A stretch of DNA of 64,000 nucleotides from Marsupella aquatica (Eukaryota > Plantae > Marchantiophyta): assembly GCA_973895155.1 (NCBI GenBank), contig OZ316897.1, forward strand, positions 6,996,470 through 7,060,469. Reading direction: 5' to 3'. Shown piece by piece: positions 10,201 through 19,802 of the stretch (its first letter is position 1; the number at the start of each line of letters is the position of its first letter). The notes under the pieces were generated by a model. It was not told the DNA's origin and searched no databases. It saw only the letters and a list, made by a program, of their open reading frames with translations. The translations under genes and the position numbers were made by a program.

Positions 10201-10886
10201 TGGAGGAAGCCCACAGGGAGCAGGAGGAGGCCAAAAACGAGCTGGAGGGGGCACGTAAGGACCTGGATGAAACCCAAGAGGAGTTGGAGGAAATCACGAC
10301 GAAGATGGAGAACCTACAGCGGCGGGCCGACAACCAAACAGAGCGGCTGAAGAAACAAGCCGCAGTATTTAAATGCTTAGCTGCAGCAGGTCCATCTCCT
10401 GTTGGGACAAACCAGTTACCAGGGGTGGTAATTGCCGAAGGACAAGCCGCGCCACCTGCACCAGTGCCGGAGGTAAGTGGGAAGGGGAAGGGACCAGCTG
10501 CCGAGCCACCAACGAAGAAGAAGCGGAAACCTTCAGGGTCAAGGAGTAATACGACTTCACAGGCCGTGGTGATCAAGGAGGTAGACCCAGCACCGACCCC
10601 AGACAGGGTCACGGCTAAGGATCCAACTACCCTAGGGGAAGGGGAAGCCGAAGCCGTGGGGGTGGCTGAAGCCGAAGCCGTGGGGATGGCTGAAGCCGAA
10701 GCCGTGGGGGTGGCTGAAGCCGAAGCCGTGGGAGTTGTCGAGGCTGAAGCCGAAGGTGGACCCAGTCAGGCCGATGGAGAGTTGACTCGGTCAAGGGCAG
10801 GTAATCTGTCAGTAGGCGGGCCAACGGCAGTGGCTGAGGAGGAAGTGTTGGGGGCGTCCATTGAGGATCCACCACCGGTGTCGTGA
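7212..10886 (+). pseudogene. LTR-embedded accessory ORF (~1,220 codons) split by one in-frame TAA at 9684-9686 into the 824-aa and 378-aa ORFs
   Basis: Both ORFs share a frame, and the paralog at 61075-61590 reads through the site (KVEDLKAAKK). Central domain LLEFVGSW...FYLTPKVIAEVFGLP, Pro/acidic linker, long coiled coil, basic KKKRK motif. True start codon uncertain. Confidence 0.8.
10644..10754 (+). repeat. In-frame 24-bp tandem repeat (AEAEAVGV, about 4.5 copies)
   Basis: GAAGCCGAAGCCGTGGGGGTGGCT units, absent from copies B, C and the 60-kb copy. Confidence 0.9.
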
Positions 10887-11807
10887 CGGTGCAAGGGCGC
10901 CGTTCCTTTTAGGGAGGGCGGACGTGGAGGGAGGAGGCGTGAGTGGGCAGGGCGGGCACGGATCTCCACGTTTAGGATTAGGATCAGAACCAGGAGCGGC
11001 CCTGACACTTAGCTTAGTGGGATTGCGGTCCCACTGGTAGGAGCAACACTTGTGCTCCTGCCTTGCTGTACATAGGTAGATTCGGGCAAGTAGATTACTG
11101 TTAAGTAGATTAGGCTTACGATGCAAAGAATGGCGGATCCACTACCAGGATAAGTACCTGGGCAGCGGGGAGCTCAGGGCCTCTTCTTTAGCAAGTTTTT
11201 AGTTTGCACCAGCCGGGCTGGGATCAAGTAGTACGAGAAGCTCTCGGTTAGTCATACAGTGACCCTTGTGTATATTCATGTTTCCTCATGCCTAAGAGCT
11301 GAATAGAGTTGGCCTCACGGCTTAGTTCGCAGAACTTGTGTATGAGATGTACTGTTTGTATGGCAAGTGCATGGTATGACTCAGTCAGAATGAGTCATTT
11401 TGCTATTTGTGTGTCGCATTAACTTGTGTGAAGAGTGCCCACATCAACAGAAGGAAGGAAAGTAAGCAGGGGAGTGAGAGTTGGATGTGTCGAGCTGAGA
11501 GAGGTCTTAGCGGCTTAACCAAGCCTATTGGGGATCATTCCGGCGGCGGAATCCAAACATACCTAACAAGACGGAGGGGAAGACAGGGGAAGACAGGGGA
11601 AGGCCTATATTAGGCCGGCTACGTATCTCATGACCCGATGAAGGATCTGTCCAGTATATGTGTGTAAAATGTTAATAGTAGTAGTAGAAGGTTAGCAGCG
11701 TCCCATGCCGCTAAGCCGCGGAAACGGCCTCGCCAAGCACGAAACCTGCGGGAATCGGCTTGAGCTGGGGGGTTTCTTGGGTTTAGGGAGCCATGGGACG
11801 CACCACA

Positions 11808-13907
11808 GCGGCCAAGAAAGCCCAAGATGAACTGCGGATTAAACGGCATGAGCTGAACATCATGCAGGGGCAGTTGGACACCGCGCAGGCTGAGAATCAG
11901 AATATCAAGGATAAACTGACTCAGACGCAGGGAGAGTTGGCCGACACGATCAAAGAGAGGGAGAAGTGGAAGCAAGAGCTGAAGAATACAGAGGAGGCCC
12001 ACATAACAGCCAACAGCCGGGCCATGGCGGAGACCCAAAGAAAGGAATGGGCGTTGAAGGGGGAGCTCGAGAAAATCCGCGGAGCCCTTGAGCAGAAGGA
12101 GGCCGAGTTAGGGAAATCCTATCAAGGGATTATGGCGCTGTAGCAGGAACTTGCGTCCCTGACGGCCAGCTTCAAGGCCGACCTAAGGGAGAAGGATGAG
12201 ATGCTCGATCAGACTTACGCCAAGATGAACCAGATGGAGTCTGTCATCATTGCAGAGCTCGACAAGGAGCTAAGAGCAACCCGGGAGTAGAGGACTACCT
12301 TGAAACAAGAACGGGAGGAAGCCCAGAAGGAACTAGAGGAGGCACGCAAGGACCTGGATGAGACCCAGGAGGAGTTGGAGGAAATCACGAGGAAGATGGA
12401 GAACCTCCAGCGGCGGGCCAACAACCAAACGGAGCGGCTGAAGAAACAAGCCGCAGTATTTAAGTGCTTGTCTTCATCAGGCCCAACTCCAATTGGGGCA
12501 ACCAAGTTACCAGGAGTGGTACTGGCCGAAGAAAAAGCCGCGCCACCTGCACCAGTGCCGGAAGTAAGTGGGAAGGGGAAGGGACCAGCTGCCGAACCAG
12601 AAAAGAAGAAAAAGCGGAAACCTTCAGGGTCAAGGAGTAATCCGACTCCACAAGCTGTGGTGACCAGGGAGGTAGAACCAGCACCATCCTCCGGCATGAA
12701 TACGGCAATAGATCCCGCTATCATCACAGGTGGGGGTGGTGCGGCCCAAGCCGAACTACTCAGTAATGAGGCCGGTATTCCAGATCCGCCTCTTGAGCAG
12801 GCCAAGGAGACCATAGCCGAGGCTGAGGCCGTAACCGATTCCCGAGCCGATGCCGACGCCGATGGTGGACCCAGTCAGGCCGATGGAGAGTTGACTCAGT
12901 CAAGGGCAGGTAATCTGTCAGAGAATGAACCTACGGCAGTGGCTGAGGAGGAAGCGTTGGGGGCGTCCATTAAGGATCCTCCACCGGTGTCGTGATGGCG
13001 CAAGGGCGCCGTTCCTTTTAGGGAGGGCGGACATGGAGGGAGGAGGCGTGAGTGGGCAGGGCGGGCGCTGATCTCCAAGTTTAGGATTAGGATCAGGACC
13101 AGGAGCGGTCCTGACACTTAGCTTAGTGGGATTGCGGTTCCACTGGTAGGAGCAACACTTGTGCTCCTGCCTTGCTGTACATAGGTAGATTCGGGCAAGT
13201 AGATTACTGTTAGGTAGATTAGGCTTACGATGCAAAGAATGGCGGATCCACTACCAGGATAAGTACCTGGGCAGCAGGGAGCTCAGGGCCTCTTCTTTAG
13301 CAAGTTTTTAGTTTGCACCAGCCGGGCTGGGATCAAGTAGTACGAGAAGCTCTCGGTTAGTCATATAGTGACCCCTGTGTATATTCATGTTTCCTCATGC
13401 CTAAGAGCTGAATAGAGTTGGCCTCACGGCTTAGTTCGCAGAGCTTGTGTATGAGATGTACTGTTTGTATGGCAAGTGCATGGTATGACTCAGTCAGAAT
13501 GAGTCATTTTGCTATTTGTGTGTCGCATTAACTTGTGTGAAGAGTGCTCACATCAACCAAAAGGAAGGAAAGTAAGCAGGGGAGTGAGAGTTGGATGTGT
13601 CGAGCTGAGAGAGGTCTTAGCGGCTTAACCAAGCCTATTGGGGATCATTCCGGCGGTGGAATCCAAACATACCTAACAAGACGGAGGGGAAGACAGGGGA
13701 AGGCCTAGATTAGGCCGGCTACGTATCTCATGACCCGATGAAGGATCTGTCCAGTATATGTGTGTAAAATGTTAACAGTAGTAGTAGAAGGTTAGCAGCG
13801 TCCCATGCCGCTAAGCCACGGAAACGGCCTCGCCAAGCGCGAAACCTGCGGGAATTGGCTTGAGCTGGGGGGTTTCTTGGGTTTAGGGAGCCATGGGACG
13901 CACCACA
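11808..13907 (+). mobile_element. Family-1 LTR copy B (distal part), interrupted by element A
   Basis: Resumes at the position equivalent to ~9696 inside the LTR ORF, has nonsense codons, ends GACGCACCACA with no PBS after it. Confidence 0.9.
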
Positions 13908-15844
13908 CCCACATAGCAGCCAACAACCGGGCCATGGCGGAGACTCAAAGAAGGGAGAAGGCGTTGAAAGGGGAACTCGAGGATATCCGCGGAGCCCTAG
14001 AGCAGAAGGAGACCAAGTTAGGGAAATCCTATCAGGCGATTATCGTGCTGCGGCAGGAGCTCGCATCCATGACGGCCAGCTTCAAGGCCGACCTCCGCGA
14101 GAAAGACGACCAGCTCAACCAGACTTATGCCAAGATGAATAAAATGGAGTCTGAGGTCGTTACGGAGCTCGACAAGGAGCTGAGAGCAACCCAGGAGGAG
14201 AGGGCTACCTTAAAGAAAGAGTTGGAGGAAGCCCAGAAAGAGTTGGAAGAAGCCCAGAAGGAGCTGAAGGAGGCAAGGAAGGACCTGGATGAATTGCAGG
14301 AGGAGTTGGAGGAAAGCACGCGGAAGATGGAGAACTTACAGCGGCGAGCCGATAACCAAACGGAGCGGCTGAAGAAACAGGCTGCAGTATTTAAGTGCTT
14401 GGCTTCCTCAGGACCAACTCCAATTGGGGCAACCAAGTTACCTGGTGTAGTACTGGCCGAAGGAGAAGCCGAGACACTCGCACCGGTGCCGGAGGTAAGT
14501 GGCAAGGGGAAGGGGCCAGCTGCCGAACCAAAGAAGAAGAAGAAGCGGAAATCTTCTGGGTCAGGGAGTACTACGGCTCCTCAAGCCATCGGGACCAAGG
14601 AGGTAAACCCAACACCAACCTCCGGCATGGTCACGACAATGGATCCACCTGTCCAGGAAGGTGGGGATGGCAAGGCCGAGGCTGGGACAACTATTGATGA
14701 AGCCGTGGTAGCAAACCCACCACTAGAGCCAGTCGAGGAAACCATAGTCGGGGAAGCCGTGGCCGATACTGATGCCGAAGCCGAAGGTGGACCCAGTCAA
14801 GCCGATGAAGAGTTGACTCGGTCCGGGGCAGGTAATCTGTCAGAGGAAGGACTGACCGTAGTGGCTGCGGGGGAAGCGTTGGGGGCGACCATTGAGGATC
14901 CACCACCGGTGTCGTGACGGTGCAAGGGCGCCATTCCTTTTAGGAAGGGCGGACGTGGAGGTAGGAGGCGTGAGTGGGCAGGGCGGGCTCAGATCTCCAA
15001 GTTTAGGCTGAGGATCAGGACTAGGAGATGACCTTGACACTTAGATTAGTGGGATTGTGGATCCACTGGTAGGAGCAACACTTGTGCTCCTGCCTTGCTG
15101 TACATAGGTAGATTGTAGTTAGGTAGATTACAGGTAGGATATATTAAGCTTACGCTGCTAAGAATTGGCGGATCCACTACCAGGATAAGTACCTGGGCAG
15201 CGGGGAGTCCAGGGCCTCTTCTTTAGCAAGTTTTTAGTTGCACCAGCAGGGCTGGGATCAAGTAGTAAGAGAAGCTCTCGGTTAGTTATACTATGACCCT
15301 TGTGTATATTCATGTTTCCTCATGCCTAAGAGCTGAATAGAGTTGGCCTCACGGCTTAGTTCGCAGAACTTGTGTATGAGATGTACTGTTTGTATGGCAA
15401 GTGCATGGTATAACTCAGTCAGAAGGAGTCATTTTGCTATTTGTGTGTCGCATTAACTTGTGTGAAGAGTGCCCACATCAACTAATAGATGAAGGGAAGT
15501 AAGCAAGGGAGTGAGAGTTGGATGTGTCGAGCTGAGAGAGGTCTTAGCGGCTTAACCAAGCCATTTGGGGATCATTCCGGCGGCGGAATCCAAACATACC
15601 TAAAGGAAAACCGAGAGGGGAGGACAAGGGAAGGACGAGAATAGGCCGGCTATGTATCTCATGACCCGATGAAGGATCTGTCCAGTATATGTGAGTAAAC
15701 TGTTAATAGCAATAGTAGTAGAAAGAAGTTAGCAGCGTCCCATGCCGCTAAAGCCGCAAAATCGGCCTCGCCAAGAGTAAAACCTGTGGGAATCGGCTTG
15801 TGAGAGGGGTTTCTTGGGTTTAGGGAGCCATGGGACGCACCACA
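13908..15844 (+). mobile_element. Family-1 LTR copy C (distal part), interrupted by copy B
   Basis: Resumes at the position equivalent to ~9886. Coiled-coil frame is open to 14917. More diverged; ends CACCACA. Confidence 0.9.
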
Positions 15845-16073
15845 GCTGGTCTTCCTTCCCGTTGGTTACCCATAGCCGCCGGTACTTAGCGCGCCCTAAC
15901 CCTAATCGTGTTCCCTCCCCCGGCGTCCTTACTTTCGGCCTCGGCTTGGGTTCCATAGTCACCCTTAATTGTTTATATTTCCCTGTTTTTGTTACTATAC
16001 TAAGGTGTTTCCTAGGGTACACTCCTGATTTTACTATTTCAACTGGCTTAATGATTCCTGGCTAGGCATCACA
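15845..16073 (-). mobile_element. Family-1 LTR copy D, first 229 bp, inverted, interrupted by copy C
   Basis: Reverse complement begins TGTGATGCCTAG and aligns with 7136-7360. Confidence 0.9.
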
Positions 16074-19000
16074 GTTTCATGCCTTGGAAAGAGAATTTTC
16101 TCCTGTTGACACGTGGTGAGTTGGGAGCGCCTGGTTCATAAGGACAGTTTTGAACCAAGGCGCGGAGGTTAGAGAAGATTTTGGTGTGAGGTTGATAGGA
16201 AGGAGGAAGTTGAGGGGAGTGTGTGTGCGCCAGGGAGTTCAAAGGGAAAGAGGAGAGAGATTCAGCCAAGTAGTGGACAGGGATTTTAAAACTTCAGGGA
16301 GAAATGCTGAGGCGCGCGATAGGTTGCCGATCATTTTGGAAGGAAGAAAGAAAGAGAATTTTTGAGAAGTGCATCGCAGAACGGCGTTGGAGAGTTGAAA
16401 GGAGATGCGATTGTGAATGAAATCTCTCAAGGGGAGTTCAGAAAAAGAGATGGAAATCGATGGACTGGGAGGGTGTGCGCACGGGATCTGAATTCAGAGC
16501 TTTTGAGTGAATAGGGGACTTCAGCATACGAGAGGGAATGGAAGGGGGCGATGGTAAGTATTGAAGTGAATAGGAGGAAAGGAGAAATGGACAAGAATCA
16601 GGAGACTGAATAGAAAATGTTGTGGAAGAGATGGAATGGAACTTGAGAACTATGGTGAAGAAATGGAAGGGAATTTGAGAGTTGTGATGAAGGCCGGAAG
16701 AATTAATGAGCGCAGTGAAGGAGGCAGGGATCCATGATGGTGACCGATGAGTATTGAGATTGGAGACTTTAAACTTCGAGGAGAACAAGGAACATCAGGG
16801 AGAGGTCGCAGAACAGAATGAACCAAGCTGAAAGTAGTATCTCGAATGCAGCGGTCGATAAGTGACGGACCACCAGCATTGGGGCGGCAAATTGAAGAAA
16901 AGGATGACACGAAGAGTAGACAGTCGCAGGGCAACCATGGAGTGAGAACAGGGGAAAGGGAAAGAGAGAAAATAATTACGAGAAAAAGTGGCGAAGATAA
17001 AGATAGATCACAATATTGTAATTGATGATAAAGTGAGGAGCCGGAGGTTTCAGTGTAGAAATAGAGCGCGGCATTACGGTCGTCTTTGGAGAGCAAGCAA
17101 GTAGAGGATATAGGGATGAGTGGAGATGCATCGGACCGGAGAAAAGAGGACAGAAAAAACTAAGCTTTACTGGCTATGTCACCAGCATGTTTGATTTGGT
17201 TAGGCCCTCGTTGAGAACGGGCCATCAAACGAGTTGAGAAATAAAGGAAAACTGAAAGCTATTAAAGGAGGTCGAGCGTCATGGTGGATTCAAGTGGAGC
17301 CTGAGAACGCTAAAGAAAATCTGCGAGAAGTTCACAAGATTGTTTGGGAATTTTGACTGAAGAAGATAATGAGGATCAGATGACGAAGGAGTTTTTTCTG
17401 AGAGCTAAAAGCTGAATTAAGGGAAAACTTGGGCAAAAACAGCAGACTAATGAATGAAAACAAAAAAGAATGAATAAGAGGAATGACTGATTCAAGAGAA
17501 AACAAAAATGGGAATTTGAGTGGATCGCCATGTGTTCAAATAGGTTTGAGCAAAGCTAAGTGAAAACGATGAAGCGTCTCCGCTAAGGATCGTGAATTGT
17601 AATGAGAAGTTCAGTTTAACCAGTGTCATGAGGGACTAGTGAGAATAAATTTGAGAAGAAAGCGTTGCAGGACATCAAGCAAAATGTATTATAAGAAGAT
17701 GGTATTCTGATAACCAAGTTTTTGAAGGGAGGGGAATTCTTGTACTAGAAAAACAAGGAGAAGAAGTGACTTTTTTATGAGATTAGTTAGGAAATTCCAG
17801 TTGGAAGTGTGGATTACATGCAGATTTCTGCATCTAAAGTTATGGAGTTTTAATGGAGATTGTAGATTGATTGACTTACATTCATTCAACCAAGTGGAAT
17901 CCGGTAGTTGAAACTATATTTAAGCTAGGGACTATCCGTTACCATGGGGTTTGAGGTTACCGGCCGTAGGTTTTTTCTGTTGTGGGACTGGAAGCTTGAG
18001 GAGAGGAGGAAGAAAGGACAAGAGGAAGAGTGCAAGAAGAATGAGGACATGAAGGAAGCTCGCCGGAGACTGAAGTTGTGTTCAAAATGCCTGGCGGAAA
18101 CCATTGATGAGCTTGAGACCGAGACCTGACCTGTTGACCTGAACTGAGTTTAGTATGGAGACCTGAGTTAGAGGATGAGCAACCAAATAAATCTTTTGTA
18201 AACCTGAACCAAAACTTCTTCTTTTTGAGAATAAAGGAAACAAATGATGAGTTTGGGCTATTTTGTTGTGATGGAAACGATGAGATGTTGTTGTGGTAAA
18301 AATGCTTAGTTGTTGTTGAGATGAAAAAGATGAGTTGAAGTTAATTGAAAGTTATGTATGGGCGTGATCATGAATACAAATTGTAAATGAAAGAAAGTGA
18401 TGGATTAGTGTTTTAAATAAGAATGACTTAGTGTAATTTGGTATTTAAAATGAAAACTGAATAGGGTTAAAAGAAATTGAAACAACCTATGAAAATATGA
18501 TGTTATGGCCAAGTCCCTAAAAACATAAAAAGTTTACTTTAACACCGCTTTAAACTGGTCCCCGGACAAGAGTGGCGACCATACTGGGGAACTAGCGGAT
18601 CATTAGTTTTAGGGACACGCGATTAGTGTATGGGAAAGCCATTAGAAACTGTTGAACGTGAAGAGAATAGAGGCCCAAGTGAGACAAAGCTAAAAAGGGA
18701 AAATGAAGATAAGGCAAGTGTTTGAGAAGAGCGAGGAGAACGATCATTGAGGGCCATAGGTTCATTTAGGGTTGAGAGCTTAAGGGAGGCGAGCAGAAGG
18801 GCAGCCATGGGTCAAGGGAATTAGAAATGAGAATAGATAATAAGGGTTGCTTAAGATGAATGATTGATTGAATGAATGATTGATTGATTGATTGAGGGTG
18901 AGCTAGGTTTCTTAATCTCTTGAGGGGCAGTTTGACAGTGGCAGCTCAAGGAGCTGAGAGGCTGATCAACTGTGAATGGTTGGAAACAACTGATTTGTTG

Positions 19001-19188
19001 TGACCAAACATTCGAGGGAAGAGAGAGTGAAACCATAGTTTGAGGGTTATCGGCTTGTGTATGGATTCAGACACGAGTCCTACTATAGAGAGTTTTTCTG
19101 AGGCTTTCAGAAAAGAGAAGACTATGGAGGACATGATTAGGATGATGGCGGCTGCCATGCAGCTAATGAAGAGAGAGGATGCAGTTAG
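16074..19188 (+). mobile_element. Family-3 Gypsy-like fragment: LTR to 18568, PBS, leader and start of gag
   Basis: Inverted homology to 34370-35780 and ~39400-39490. LTR end CCCGGACA. Gag start MIRMMAAAMQLMKREDAV, truncated at ~19188. Confidence 0.8.
18573..18590 (+). promoter_or_regulatory. Primer-binding site, tRNA-Arg-like (family 3)
   Basis: TGGCGACCATACTGGGGA lies 4 nt after the LTR end and resembles Ogre/Tat-type Arg PBS. A second copy is at 34961-34978 (-). Confidence 0.7.
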
Positions 19189-19226
19189 TGAGCGTGATAC
19201 ACCCTCTTTTCCACTAAATGATTCTC

Positions 19227-19802
19227 TCAAACCCTTTGTTTTACCTCTACTATCACCTCGAAACTTCCCTTCCCCTGCTGAATAGAGTTCACAAAAACAG
19301 GTGCTTTCCAACCAGCTTCTCTTCGCAAATACTCAACATATCTCTTTTCACTCACCTCATCAAAACTAGTCCTTATACCACCACTCAACTCTGCCCTATC
19401 TCGTTCTGCTACATACACCCTTGGTTCATACATCATTGCTCCTACTTTTGCCTTCCCTCGATGCTTCTCAACAAGCACCTTCATCCCTCCCTTCCCAAAG
19501 TTCAATGGAACCCCTTCTCCATCGTCAAAGTATGCCAGTCTCTTTTTCCCTGGCTCCCCTACAAACTTGACCCATTGTTCCCTCAGGGCCTCCGTCAATT
19601 CTCTACAATCATTTCTGGTATGATCCTTTGAATCACACCACATGCACAACGCATTTGGCCTCCTCTCAGTTGGTTCTCTTCTCGGAACTTCGGTCCTCTG
19701 AGATCTCTGCTCTATCACATGGGAGGTCAAAAGCCTTTTACCTTTTGCTATCTTCTCTAGGTCAGTCGTACTCAACCCTGAGCTCAATCCTTCCACCTGC
19801 AC
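19227..19802 (-). pseudogene. gag: Family-3 gag C-terminal fragment with CCHC zinc knuckle
   Basis: CMWCDSKDHTRNDC; continues the frame of 33666-33962. Confidence 0.75.

Larger units (their letters stand above)
1..11807 (+). mobile_element. Family-1 Ty3/Gypsy (non-chromovirus) LTR retrotransposon, young copy A; 5' LTR cut by the window edge
   Basis: Order is LTR end, PBS, Gag-PR, RT-RH-IN, PPT, then a 4.67-kb 3' LTR. 1-911 matches 10887-11807 apart from a 10-bp duplication. RT-RH-IN order, FIDD RT motif, no chromodomain seen. Confidence 0.95.
7136..11807 (+). repeat. 3' LTR of element A (4,672 bp), containing an ORF
   Basis: Starts TGTGA after the PPT and ends CCACA. Homology to the inverted copy at 15845-16073 stops exactly at TGTGATGCC. 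Confidence 0.88.

Noticed and set aside
10103-10612. Antisense ORFs over the coiled-coil region (also 12215-12814 and 14125-14505)
   Set aside because: Shadow frames expected opposite E/K-rich coding sequence.
9750-14917. Tandem host coiled-coil (myosin/SMC-like) gene family
   Set aside because: These are pieces of the LTR ORF repeated by nested insertions. The N-termini of 11793-12143 and 13805-14917 are chimeric read-ins from LTR ends.
17944-18129. 61-aa ORF conserved at 35400-35585
   Set aside because: Lies in the highly similar part of the two LTRs and several differences are non-synonymous, so there is no evidence of selection.
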